NCBI RefSeq assembly: GCF_964204645.1
Contig: NC_134025.1
Location: 20,621,101 to 20,685,100 of the forward strand
DNA length: 64,000 nt
Source: Tubulanus polymorphus
Lineage: Eukaryota > Animalia > Nemertea
Direction of reading: 5' to 3'
In this document: positions 11,928 through 24,539 of the stretch, piece after piece
Position numbering within the stretch: position 1 is the first letter of the stretch
Layout of the letters: each line of letters begins with the position of its first letter
Translations under genes and position numbers: made by a program
Notes under the pieces: model-generated
The model's database searches: none
The model's input: the letters and a program-made list of their open reading frames with translations, nothing else
Told to the model about the DNA's origin: nothing

Positions 11928-13985
11928 CACACATCCATAATGACAAGTTAAGTTCAGATCGACCTATAAACGCATATTAAACAAATGTTAAATTACTATT
12001 GACCCGTTAACAGATACTGCTTGAAATTCTTTTTAAATACATAAACATTCTTCGACTGCTTTAAAGTTGAATCGAGTGAATTCCAAAGTTTTGGACCAGA
12101 AACCTTTACCGAAAATTTATTTCTTCGAGTTTGAAATCGAGGGATTTCCATATTGTTTTGGCTACGAGTTTGATAATTGTGGATTTCATGTCGAAATTGA
12201 AAATAGTTATTAAAAGAATCAGGAAGCATGGATTTGTTATAATTGAACATGAAGCATCCTAACCGTAATTTGTTCATTTCTTTAATTCTCAGTATTTTCA
12301 GTCTTTTAAAGAGTGGATCAGTATGTTCTAAATAATATGAATTTGTTATTATTCGAACCGCACGTTTTTGAAGTAGTAATAATGAATCTAAATAGACATT
12401 AAAATTTTGAGCCCAAACTATGTTACAATAACTTAAATACGGTTCCACTAAACTAAAATACAATTGAATAAGAGTTTTCTCAGGTAAAAATCGTTTTAAT
12501 CTATTTAACATACTGATACTCTTCGATACCTTGCGTTGAACATTATTGATATGATCAATCCATGAAAGTTTATCGTCAATATTTATACCCAAAAAATTTG
12601 TGCTATGAACTTGATCAATATTAATTCCGCTGATTTGAATCGAAATGTTAAGTGGCAGTTTTGAGCCAAATACCATGCAATGAGTTTTTGGCAAGTTTAA
12701 AGATAATTTATTAGCGTAAAACCACGTGGCTAGTTTATCAAGTTCACTAGACACGGTCAATGCAAGGTGATGAATATCGGAACCGCTCGCAAAGACATTA
12801 GTGTCATCTGCAAAAAGCGTAAATTTCAAAATGTTGCTGACATTAACGCAGTCATTTATGTATATTAAAAAAAGTAACGGTCCCAAAATGGAACCTTGAG
12901 GCACACCAGTAGATATATTCAAAAGTTGAGACTTACAATTTTCAATTTGAACAGTTTGTTGTCGGTTTTCCAAATAATTTCTAAACCAGCAAAGTGCGCG
13001 ACCTTTAATTCCATAAAAATCTAATTTTGACAATAATATTTCATGGTTGACTGTATCAAAGGCTTTAGATAAGTCCAAATAAACACCGATAGTGGGATTT
13101 TTATTTTCAAGATTATATGAAATTTCATCAATAATTTTGATGACTGCCATGGCAGAGGAGTGATTCTTTCTAAAACCGAATTGATTTGAATTTATGATAG
13201 AAAATTTATCACAATAAGACATTAGTCTGTTGTACACGACTTTTTCAAGAATCTTTGAAAAGCAAGGCAAAATTGAGATAGGCCGGTAATTATTAAAGTT
13301 ATCTTTGTCACCACTTTTGTATAAAGGTCGAATTCTAGCGATTTTTAATTTGTCCGGAACAATTCCAGTCTGTAGACTCATGTTAAAAACATGGCAGAGA
13401 GGATCTTTAATTAAGTCAAAAATTTTTTTAGTTACTTTCATGCTAATCTCATCGGTACCCAAACCTTTATTGGAGTCAAAATTTTTTACTATATTCATCA
13501 GTTCGACTGGTGTTGTTGGGAATAAAAAGAAGTTTTCATTTGGGCTGTTATGCAGGAAATCCTTAAAATTTATATTTGTGCTAGGAATCTTTTCAGCAAG
13601 CTTATTACCGATGTTTACAAAGTACTCATTAAATTTATTAGCAATGTTAGCTTTTCCATTTATAGGTGTCCCATTAAGTTTGAATACGTCAGGTAATTCT
13701 TCCGAGTTTGATGACTTACCAAGAATATTGTTAATAATTTTCCATGTTTGTTTCATATCATTAGAGGCCGAAAATAATTGTACACCGTAATAAGATTTTT
13801 CTGCACATTTTAACAAATTACCAAGAATATTTTTATATCTTGAATATTTATGCTTACGCGCTTCCGTAGGATTTCTTATGAATTTTTTGTATAAACAATT
13901 TTTACGTCTAATTGATTTTAAAAGACCAAGTGACACCCAGGGTTTATTACTATTTACTTTATTAGTTTTAGAATTTATTAATGGT
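11628..13985 (-). mobile_element. 5'-truncated L2/Crack (CR1-group) non-LTR retrotransposon
   Basis: RT ORF plus a 3' UTR with a (GCAC)n microsatellite at 11786-11931, a stem-loop at 11720-11775, AATAAA and an (AAT)n tail. Confidence 0.92.
11996..13936 (-). CDS. LINE reverse transcriptase (partial ORF2, endonuclease domain missing)
   Basis: Uninterrupted 646 aa with NYRPISILPCFSKILEK, QFGFR, LDLSKAFDTV, GVPQGSILGPLLF and FADDT motifs. Confidence 0.9.
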   Translation of the reverse strand: MSLGLLKSIRRKNCLYKKFIRNPTEARKHKYSRYKNILGNLLKCAEKSYYGVQLFSASNDMKQTWKIINNILGKSSNSEELPDVFKLNGTPINGKANIANKFNEYFVNIGNKLAEKIPSTNINFKDFLHNSPNENFFLFPTTPVELMNIVKNFDSNKGLGTDEISMKVTKKIFDLIKDPLCHVFNMSLQTGIVPDKLKIARIRPLYKSGDKDNFNNYRPISILPCFSKILEKVVYNRLMSYCDKFSIINSNQFGFRKNHSSAMAVIKIIDEISYNLENKNPTIGVYLDLSKAFDTVNHEILLSKLDFYGIKGRALCWFRNYLENRQQTVQIENCKSQLLNISTGVPQGSILGPLLFLIYINDCVNVSNILKFTLFADDTNVFASGSDIHHLALTVSSELDKLATWFYANKLSLNLPKTHCMVFGSKLPLNISIQISGINIDQVHSTNFLGINIDDKLSWIDHINNVQRKVSKSISMLNRLKRFLPEKTLIQLYFSLVEPYLSYCNIVWAQNFNVYLDSLLLLQKRAVRIITNSYYLEHTDPLFKRLKILRIKEMNKLRLGCFMFNYNKSMLPDSFNNYFQFRHEIHNYQTRSQNNMEIPRFQTRRNKFSVKVSGPKLWNSLDSTLKQSKNVYVFKKNFKQYLLTGQ

Positions 13986-16900
13986 AATAGTAATAATGCT
14001 TATAATAAGAGAATAGGATGTTACGATAGGAAATAGCATGAGTAAATTATACAAAATGTTGTAAGGTATAGAATGCAGATTTGCTTTCTCGAGACTTTTA
14101 CATTTTTAAGACTTTTGGACTCTTGACAAAGAACCTCAAACTGGTTTCGATTGTCAAGTTATAAATTTAGTAGATCTGTTGCAGGTCCATTGGGCCGAGC
14201 ACTTTTTTTTTACTGTACATTCTCAATACACTGTTCACGTGTATTTTATCGCCGTTTTCAAAGCCGTACATATCTATCTGACAGCCTAAATAGCGCATAT
14301 ATTCCAAATTCATCTTTACAAACATCGCCTCGCTCCGTGTTTACAACGCGCTAAATTAGAATCCGATATGTTTTCCGTAAAACGAGAATTCATCAAGTTT
14401 TCGCGAGGTGAAAACATCGTTCGCACAGCGAGATTTCACAACTTGATATTACATCAAAGGAAACCGGACCAGCGGTTCTCATCAGACGTTGTCTTTGATG
14501 ACATTATAGAAAGAGCGCATAAATGTCACAAAACAACGAATAGACATATGGATTTTTTCAATTCTCAGAAATCTTAGTCGGCCCGGATACGTGCCTGTCG
14601 GCGACGACGTTGTCCTTATTTTTGAAAGACAGGGCATAATATCCGGTCACATGGCTGTCGATTAAACGCGCAGATGATCCTAAAACATAGATTTAGATCG
14701 AAATCTTCTGCCGTTAAAAACGGAGATTGTTTTGAAGATCGGTTTTGTTCTTAAGCCGGGGTTAACATTATTCATTGTCAATAGAGTTGAAGGGGTTGAA
14801 GTCAATACAAGCCCATAAAACTGGCCCAAGATATATGGAACAAACAAGTGGGATGACGGTTGCGAAATGAGATTTTGATTGTTTACATACTTCTGCTACC
14901 GGAGCTCGAGAGAGGCAACGGCGGGTTATTGGCAAGTTCGTTGGCGATCCGGTGACTTCAATCGTATCTGTACTAATAAGATTTTTTGGTCAATTTTCGC
15001 TCGATCTGGAAACAATCAATCAGACATAGCCAGTTAGATGCATACGAAAAAAAGATATTAATGAATTTTGCGCAATCGGTCGATAATGGAATCGTGTATA
15101 TGTGTTGTTCTGTAGCCATACTCGTTCGGGTGATGTTCCTACGATCGCTAACATTACTGTATTATGGAGTCCAATGAAATCTCATCCGACCCACCCTAGT
15201 GCAAGAGTTTTCTAATCCCTCAAATAATGTCGGTTCGCGTTTCCTTTTGGAGGGGAGGCCTAGAAAGAAACCGTCAAGCAAGAAACTCTGTCAACAGGCA
15301 CTTGGTTTCGCGAGGCAATGCCATTCCACAGGCTTTGAAGCTTTGAGGTTTCCGAAGTTGGGCTTTCATGACCAACGAAGTATCGTTATATGAAACTAAC
15401 TATTTCGACGAGTACTCTGCGGTCTATATACGGACGGGACGACCTGACCACGTGCACCTTACGGTAGCAAGTGAAGTGCAGAGGGCAGCGCTTTTGCAAG
15501 ACCATTATTGCAGACAGATTGTGTGATGATCTAATCATAGAAATGGGACTTAGATATGAGATGCTACCGATGAAAGCCATAATAAAATCACGACAAACTA
15601 TTCGTTTAGAGACTATTCCAAAACGACCGATAGAAACGGAAAGAGATACAAAAAATCAATATTCGCATGAAAAAAAACGTATTTACAATAAGAATTATTC
15701 ATATCACCAATTCCAAAGGACTTGTGTTAACTCTCAGATTGATCTGTGGAAATCCTGTATTCATATGCTAAATAGTTGTTTATTTCTGTCGGCTTATACG
15801 CCTTCTGTACATAGTTCCCTTTATCATGAGGCTAGAATGAATCAGCGAAATCGATCGTGTTTGAATGTATTACGTAATCTCAATAAAGAATTGTTTTATT
15901 GTTGTGATTTTGTAATATTATGGCTTTATCAGTTAGTCGACTCTCGCCCAAAAGACTTCTGCTCGAATAATCGGGTTATGATTGTGACCATGGGCACTGA
16001 CCCCGATATGTAGTCCACTAACGGAGATTTAGTCAATGGTGACTATGGATCGAGTATCCCCTGCTATGACCACGTTTGAGCTAAGCGTCTTTAATATCCG
16101 CCCATTACCCGGAGTACTAGCAATTTACACTAAATCAACACAAATGTTGTTGAGATGGTAAAGGTCCGGCACGAGAACAGCACTCTCTAGCGATGAACAG
16201 CTTTATTAACACACGTTTTGACGTATACAACCATACGATTGATTGCTTGTCTGATTGATTCCTGACAAACAATTCGATAATTGCTGTTGATGCTGTGGCT
16301 AGTACGATCGGCTTTCAAAGCGTCATAAGGTTAAGATATAGTTTCATTTAGATTTACGTCATCCAACTTGCGTACTTATTGGATCTTGGATGACACAGTG
16401 ATGAAAAATGTAATTATTTTTATTGCCCGTTTCTTCGTGAATACAGCCCAATTTGGCACGGAGGGACTACATGTCACAGGGGTGGCGGAAGCTTATCTTA
16501 TTTGGTCCGACCATGGAAATATTGGTCCTCGCTCGAAATATTTTTGATGATGAAAGCTAAACAGTCGGAAACGGCCAATCGCGTTGCCACAGGGTTCCCC
16601 TCGATTACAATATAATTGCTTTAATTCGACGAAAAATGGCTCTTTCCTCAAAGAGAGGTACCGAATTTGTGCATGACAGCCATGTAAAAATTCAGATATC
16701 CACGTGATTAAGGTTTTGTGGCAACCTTGCTTTTTATGATAACAATTCACCTGTCGGTAGATCATATTATCCAGCTCGTACTATCCTCTGTTAAATACAT
16801 CACAGCAGCCTAGCATATTTCTGACTTCGTTTATGTACGTTAGAATTAGTAAAAATGGGATAAAATACCTATAAATCAATTACTATTGACGTTAATGTAC

Positions 16901-19900
16901 CTTTGGAATTTATGTCTGAAAATAATTCATATTACAAATTTACGTTTTTTTCCATGTGAATATGGATTTGTTGTATCTCTTTTGGTTTTCTGCCTGTACT
17001 TTTTGTACGAAATATAGACTTAATGTCCAGATATTGATTCTTACAGTCTAACCGATTAGATCATCTCCGAATTACCTCGAATTGGGAAATATCAACACTG
17101 CGATGTTCGTATAAGCCGGTTCCCAAGACGCGACTTGGCGCTTTTGGATTAATATGCTTGGATATGCCTGGGGATAGATCATTCATTGGGGCGACTATGC
17201 ACGTCTATCAATCACCTCGGGGTCGTGACGTCTGACTGGAACCTGGTGATTATTTCTCGTAAATTTGATCCGAACTCGGTGATCAGGAGTGATTTTTGTA
17301 GCAGTGGACTCGACGAGAGGCGCCATCTCTTCATCTTCTAATTTGGAAGCCCAAATATGAAAATTAGGACAAATTCGGATTCACATCGGCTGATACCAAA
17401 AATGTTTGACGATAGTGTAATGTAATTCGCATCATGCACATCTGTCTATGGTAGCTCAGGCCGTCTCTACCATTTTTGAGGGGCAGTTCTATTTCAAGGA
17501 AAGAGTCTCTTTTTCACCGTAAAAAGGATATTCTTATTGAGAAAGGAGTGATCTTTAATATGAAGTGCCCAGGTACCTGAATAGATAATTTGGGAATGGA
17601 TAATTTTTTTTTCATTTTCAAAAGGAAAAACTTGAAAATTGTATCAAAATTTCGAAAGATCTTTTTCTCACACTGATTTTTTAAGGGCGTTCGTTCGTTA
17701 CCCCCGAACCCCCTTGGCACGTGCCTGTGGCTGATAAGGACCATAACCTAAAATTCCTGGTATGCAAATGAGGGTGCCATATCGCCAAAACGAAAAATAC
17801 GCCGAATTATCTGTCGAAACCTCTCTTAACGGTTTTATTAAGAGTTTGTCAATCATCACGAAACGGAAACCTCCACGCGGGTTATTTGAACAACTTCGAC
17901 GACAAGATGACGTTGGGAAAACCTGTCATGACCGCAGGGCTAAACTCTACAAACAGCTGACAAAACGATCGAGTATCGCCGTCAATTTGTAACCAGACTA
18001 AATTAAAGTGCGACGATTGCGGATAGCCGAGGATGTTCATTGACAATCTTACTGAGCGGTTTTGTTCAGATTTTTGCACCGAGGTTCGCTATCATCGTTT
18101 TCCTTCGCTATTTCCGATTCCGCTATTAATCACCCGTGACCGTCCCCGGGGCATGTTACCGTTCTAGGCAGGGTCGTGTAATATTCTGTATATATTTCCA
18201 TAACAATAAGAGCCGATCAAGTCGCCTCATTTCACACGGTTGCAAGCATTCCATTATTCACACGCTGTTACCGAAAGCATACGAGATAAAGAGATTCGCG
18301 ATTTTATCCTAGGATTAACTACAGACAGATAAACGAACCATTTTTCGGTAATCGTTTGTCCAGTTTTTTGACAATCGAATCTAATTAAAGGATCTCTCTT
18401 ACATCGGGTGATAATCGAGAAGGTTTAGGCGTGACTGCAGTTCTTCGAACGAACTATCTTCTCCCATCCCCGGCGGCAGTAGTGACAGTCGCCACGCATT
18501 CTTAGTCTTATCATTCCAATCACTTATTAGTAATCGGGATATCGTCCAATTCATAGAATACTCTGTAGTAACGATTACGTATATCAGAACTATTTCGAAA
18601 TATGCGACTCTGAGTTAGTTAGTCAAGAGTATTTCGAAACCTCGGCTGTATTCCAGTGATTAATGTAGGTTATCGATAGTGAAGAAAACAGGCGAAACGT
18701 TTTACCAAATGAAAGAAGGTTCGTCTTGGACTTCCATTTTGAAGAATTTAATGATATAGGCCTACGTGTAAATCTGCATCTTCTTTTCCCGCCATCAAGT
18801 AATGTAAATCCCTTAAATGGCAAAACAATTCATACTTTTATACGGTGTCCAACAGAGCCACCGGAAGGCATTTTTCAGTGGCGAGGCTTATTTCTGAAAA
18901 TTTTGAAAATTCAATCGCCGGAAATGCGTTTTGGGGCCATTTCGCGGTCTCATTCATAGAAGCATGAGAAGTGGTGAGCCAACCATCGAGTACAGAGAAC
19001 GGCGAGCTGCTACGCTTGAAAAATTTTTGTTAAGTAAAAAAGTGTCGCCCCCGTTCCGACGGCAGCAACAGCTTCAGGCTATCAATTTTAGCGAACTATA
19101 TATAGTTCGCAAAATGGATAGCGTGAGGCTTCCAGGCAACATCTTGCTTGACACAAATTGTTCCCGCATACCGCTATACCCTGATATAGGACATTAACCA
19201 ATCGATGACGCTGGAGTCAAGAGACATCTGCAATTGAGTACGTAACAGCCACAACGTGTTATCCCTAAAACCATAGACTATGGTCTATGTTAAAATTCAT
19301 ACGTCAATGCCTTGATTTGATTTGACCATGGGCGTATATAATCTAGATTTGCACGTCCAAGATATGATAGAAGAGATCTCGATTAGTTAGACCTCAACTA
19401 ACATACTGCATATTCTAGGAGAGACAAGACGAAGAGAAGAAACGCGAGGGTGATTTATAAATGAAAGGATAACGCTGACTAAAGCCTTCAGGAAGTTTTT
19501 TTTGTTTTCTTGGTCGCATTAATCATTATTAATGAAGGGTTTACTTAACAAAAAATAATCCCTTTGTCCGCCGTGCTATGTTGATCTGATAAGGTCAAGG
19601 CAACGCAATCCATCATTTGATGTGATGGAAAGTGATTATCTTCGGTAAAAATGTTCGGCAATAAACGAGCTAATTTTGTTTCGGTTACATCTAGTTCGAA
19701 AAAGGCTCGTTTCAAACCTCAGTGGAATCCAGTTTTGACGAAGTCCAAGAGGCCAGGAAGTTATATTATAACTACATATAGACTCACTCGGAATTCGAAT
19801 CCCTTTTTAGTCTGAAATGGAAGAATGATTTAAGCAGTTACGTATCCGAATGAAACCAGCTAATTATCAATCCGAGATTAAAATCGTATCTAAGCGGATG

Positions 19901-20440
19901 ACGGTTTCTTTCGCAGACGTTGTTTTTCGTCTCAACAGTAAACATCGTAATCTCTGCGACTTTTGTTACGGCATGTTTCAATCGCGGCGAGACACGATGA
20001 GGCACGACGAAAAACTGCGATGATTCTTAGATCTGCGCCGCGATAAATCGTATTTGATAATTTACAACGCTTACGATATTAATAGAACGAGCGTTCTATG
20101 GTCTGAAGCCGTCTCGGTGAGGCGATAATGACATCAAACGTTGCGCCACTAAGTAGCCATTTTGATGGTAAAACGCCGTATAAAAATGTCGTGAATTGGT
20201 AATATTGGAAAGACACTTGATTTATTACTCGTTTGCGCGTATTTTATCTTCACTCATTATTGTTATTAATCGCAAAACTGTATTAAAGCTGTAACTCGTG
20301 CGATGACCTATGCGGGTGTTAACGACATGGTGGTCAGATATTTACAGTCCTCAGCACGCGCCTGAGTAGGAACGTCTGCCGCAGTGAATGGACTTCGTTG
20401 AAACATCGCTAAATCTTTGATTGGCCTGTTTTCATCCCCG

Positions 20441-20533
20441 ATCATCTTCCCGGCGGGGATTCGAACCCGATGGCACCGAGACTGCCGAGTCTAGCGACGC
20501 CACCAGGTTCGAATCCCTGCCGGGGAGGATGAT
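20441..20533. repeat. Palindromic element with two inverted tRNA-derived B-box/T-arm heads (SINE-like)
   Basis: GGTTCGAATCCC on both strands (20467-20441 minus, 20506-20533 plus) around a central agact-gccg-agtct hairpin. No full cloverleaf. Confidence 0.6.
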
Positions 20534-22680
20534 TGATCCCGGCGTGTCTCGGAAATACATATGCAGTGTACATGTCCTTGAAAAAAACGTACATGACTAA
20601 CAACATGCCCCGAAGCCAAGTGCTATTTATACTTGTCAGTGGTAAGGAAATGGTGATATTGAGATTTCAGTTACTATATTATTCAGATTGAATTATCAGA
20701 CCGAAGGCGGCTAATCTCTATTGATCCAGAGTATTTAAGGGCAATCACTGCAAGAGTTCATCACACGTTGGCAAAACAAAATTATGTATTCATAGAACTC
20801 GGAATATTAGACGCGTTCGTTCTAAGATAAGAGAAGTGTGACGTCATTAATTAACCGGGTGATAACTGCCTGTCTCCCCGATACTATGACCCGTCTGGAC
20901 TTTAATCGGCAAGTTACGCATCCCATACTTAAATGCTCGCACAGCGATGACCTTAGTGGTTGGTGAGACCATGATCGTATAAACTCTAGTTTATTACGTC
21001 ACGGTGAGACCAATCAATTTAATGTTGATATCCACACTTTTAAGTGGAACTCATTCAGATGTTGGTCACGAATGTCAATTGAATACTCTATAACTTAGGG
21101 CGGCCGTAACCGGGAATATAAGGTTCGCCGAACATCGGCGATAAGGAAAAAGCTGTGTTTCATCATTCGGTTTGTCCCACGACGGCTGTAAAGAAGTTGA
21201 TACAAAAAATGTTACCGGAAACATCACATTATTGGATGCGACGTCTGGCTGATAAATCGTGCTTAGGTGTGAAAGAAATGGCCCATCTAATTGAATTTAC
21301 CCAACTCGCTTCTTATATATTGTACAATTAATGCCGCCGTAATCCGCCGCAATTGGATTCCTCCGCCGCGACGGCTTCCAGTCACGAGACTTTTGACTTG
21401 GAAACCGAGAAGTAACCGCTATCAAATAAACGCGATATGGATATGCCAGGGACAATTCGTGGCTCTTTTGGGACGTGTGCGCTGGGCTTGGTAGCGCAAG
21501 TTGATCGACGAATCTTGAAAGTGCTCCTCTTATAAACTGATCAGAAATATACATAGTTAGGTGAACGTCCAGACTCCAAAGGACATTGGTAGTCTCATCG
21601 CTTGACGTTGACTCTCGAAGTGTGTACGTACAAGTGGCTTAGTTTCCGACGACTTTCTTGTGTATTTTATACTAAAGACTTGCAAAGTGGCAGCTTTTCT
21701 CTCTGCAGTTCAGCGCGAGATTCCCGCATGGATCAGTATTGTTCTCATTGCGTCATCTTGTCGACATGGAGGGGATTGAGTTCCCATCTTTATCCTGAGG
21801 TTTGCTGTCGTAACGACAGATTATTGACAAATAATGGCTGTTATCTATGAGCAATTCCACAAACTTTAAATCGACGCCACACAATGCGATATCCTGGATG
21901 CAACCTATCATTTTTGCATTCCTTTCTTCCGTCATCTAGCAACCATTGCACTTACTATTGTTTTCGAAGATATTGTCATTTGCGGTTGGTAGTGGTGGGC
22001 TTCTAGAGTGTTCCTTTTTGATGCCCCGATTACGTGCCTTCGTTGCTATTTCAAACAGAACAAACCCGTTGCGATAAACTGCAGCCTGACAAATTGTTAG
22101 AATGTCTGCAAAGCGAAAGGCATGAAGGTGTCAGAGTCTGATGGCCTAATCGTTTTATCAGTCTATACTTCCTCGTTTCATCAATATGTATAGATCTGCC
22201 AATATATCATCGTTTATAACTTTGGTGGGGATGGCGGTGACACATTACATTCGTCTGCCACTCTCACCTGATGCTATCAGGTTGCGATATTACTGACCGG
22301 CCATGTTTACCGTCCTGTTCATCTGTTAATTCGTGCACTCAGCTAATGAATGTAAATTGTCACCAAGTGTGATCAATCGTCGTCGGGAAAAACTGACAGA
22401 GCTGTCATTACTGGGTACATATCTACTAATGACCCTATATCTTTAAGAGGTCTGTCGGTTTTTTTTTGTCGCCGCCACTGCGTTTCTTGTCGTTATTTGA
22501 AGTTATGCTTTGACAACAGTTTCCGCAAAGCTCATTTCTCATGAAACAGAGATGTGAAGGATATGACGAAAACTCTTCGATGTTTTTCAAATAAAAGATC
22601 GAGCATGCCAAACTACAGATGACGGTGGAATGGATTTTTTTTCATATGTTGGTGCTTATGAAGCGGTTCAAGACAAGTAG

Positions 22681-22900
22681 ATTATCATCATTTTCATTAA
22701 TTCTATTATTATTATTATTTCTATTATTATCATCATTATTATTGTTATTATTATCATTATTATTATTATTATTATTACTCTGTTCTTGCACCTTGCACCC
22801 GTATGCACTTTGCAAAGGGTCCAGTGCCTCAACTGTAGGTACAGCCAGCTGGCTTGCACTGGATCCTTCATAAACATATAGTGCACTTAAAATCTATCCA
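22681..22900 (-). mobile_element. Retroposon 3' end with stem-loop and long (AAT)n tail
   Basis: (ATT)n at 22681-22778. Hairpin gggtccagtgc/gcactggatcc at 22817-22866. The motif gaagga..caagcca..tggctgtac is shared with 31900-32130 (+). Confidence 0.5.
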
Positions 22901-23214
22901 AATATATTACATGGTATATATGGATTATGAAAAATGAATATACTAAAACTGGTACAGGTATGGAGGATACAATGATAATTCAGACGTCATCAAACTAGGA
23001 TAAAGTGACTTTTTTATAAAGCAAACTACAATACATGAACACGTATCACGTAACATTTTCCCATTTGCAATGCTCCCAATTTAACTCCCTAGTTTGAAGG
23101 CATGTGTCGTGAATACGATTATCAGTTATATTGTCATATTGAATTGTTGAACTTCACACAATTGTGGAACTGCTTGAAGTATATTAGAATGTACTGAGCC
23201 TTTTAACTGTAACT

Positions 23215-24007
23215 TCGTTCTTCATCGTGTTAAACACAAGTTGTCTTCTAATTATTTACGTACCTTGTATTTATCCTTAATAGAGCCATATCTTCAATAT
23301 TGTAACATTGTTTGGGGAAGAACTTCTGATTATAAACTGCAGCCATTAACAATTCTACAAAAACGTGCTGTCCGTTTGGTCAGCAAATCCCATTATTTAG
23401 AACACACTGATCCTTTTTTTGCTCGGTTAAATATACTAAAAATCAAGAATATTAACAAACTCCAACTAGCTATTTTTGTACATAAATTCGTCAATTCAAA
23501 ATTGCCTAGGACCTTTAACAACTATTGGAACTTCAAATTCATATTAAACCTACGCGTAATAGATTTAGATTAAGATTGCCTTATTTTAGATCTGTAACTA
23601 GAAAATCTTCTGTCAAAATATCCGGTCCCCTATTATGGAATACTCTATCAGAATCAATTCGAACTATTCAAAGCGAACCTGCCTTTAAGCGTACCTACAT
23701 TAAATCATTATTCAACACTTTGTAAATTTTCATTCTATACAAACCTATGTTAATGTGTAATATGTGAAACAACATTTTTTTTTGGTTTCTTTTTGCCTGT
23801 TAATTACTTGTGTGCATGATGTGTGAGTGTGATGAATGTGGTGTGGGGTGTGGATGCTTCTGGGTGATATGGCTTAGATAGACTGTTTCAGTCTCCGTGT
23901 AGCCCCATTATCCTGTTTCATTTTTCTTCGTTTAATCACACTCATCATATCGTCCAATAATGTAACATCGTAATGAAAATAAATTTCAATTTCAATTTCA
24001 ATTTCAA
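23215..24007 (+). mobile_element. 5'-truncated, frameshifted L2/Crack LINE with target-site duplication
   Basis: ORF pieces 23241-23725 (LYLSLIEPYLQYCNIVWG, LQKRAVR, GPLLWN), (TTTCAA)n tail, and 13-bp TSD tttaactgtaact at 23202-23214 and 24008-24020. Confidence 0.9.
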
Positions 24008-24119
24008 TTTAACTGTAACTATTCGACTGTATCTGTGCATTCCTCTATAAAATACATAATAGTATTCTATATAGTATGTGTCACATTAAAAGAAAACCAC
24101 GTAGTCGTCGTTCGTTCAT

Positions 24120-24134
24120 TCTCTCTCTCTCTCT

Positions 24135-24197
<63 letters not shown>

Positions 24198-24539
24198 TCT
24201 CTCTCTCCCTCTCTCCCTCTCTCCCTCTCTCCCTCTCTCCCTCTCTCCCTCCCTCCCTCCCTCCCTCCCTCCCTCCCTCCCTCCCTCCCTCCCTCCCTCC
24301 CTCCCTCCCTCCCTCCCTCCCTCCCTCCCTCCCTCCCTCCCTCCCTCCCTCCCTCCCTCCCTCCCTCCCTCCCTCCCTCCCTCCCTCCCTCCCTCCCTCC
24401 CTCCCTCCCTCCCTCCCTCCCTCCCTCCCTCCCTCCCTCCCTCCCTCCCTCCCTCCCTCCCTCCCTCCCTCCCTCCCTCCCTCCCTCCCTCCCTCCCTCC
24501 CTCCCTCCCTCCCTCCCTCCCTCCCTCCCTCCCTCCCTC
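24120..24539. repeat. Compound (TC)n to (CCCT)n polypyrimidine microsatellite
   Basis: About 420 bp of almost pure pyrimidine on the + strand. Confidence 0.98.

Noticed and set aside
13305-13790. 161-aa + strand ORF
   Set aside because: Antisense shadow of the LINE RT.
15471-16013. 180-aa ORF
   Set aside because: No recognisable domain or supporting exon structure.
20441-20533. Functional tRNA gene
   Set aside because: No acceptor stem or D arm; only B-box/T-arm fragments.
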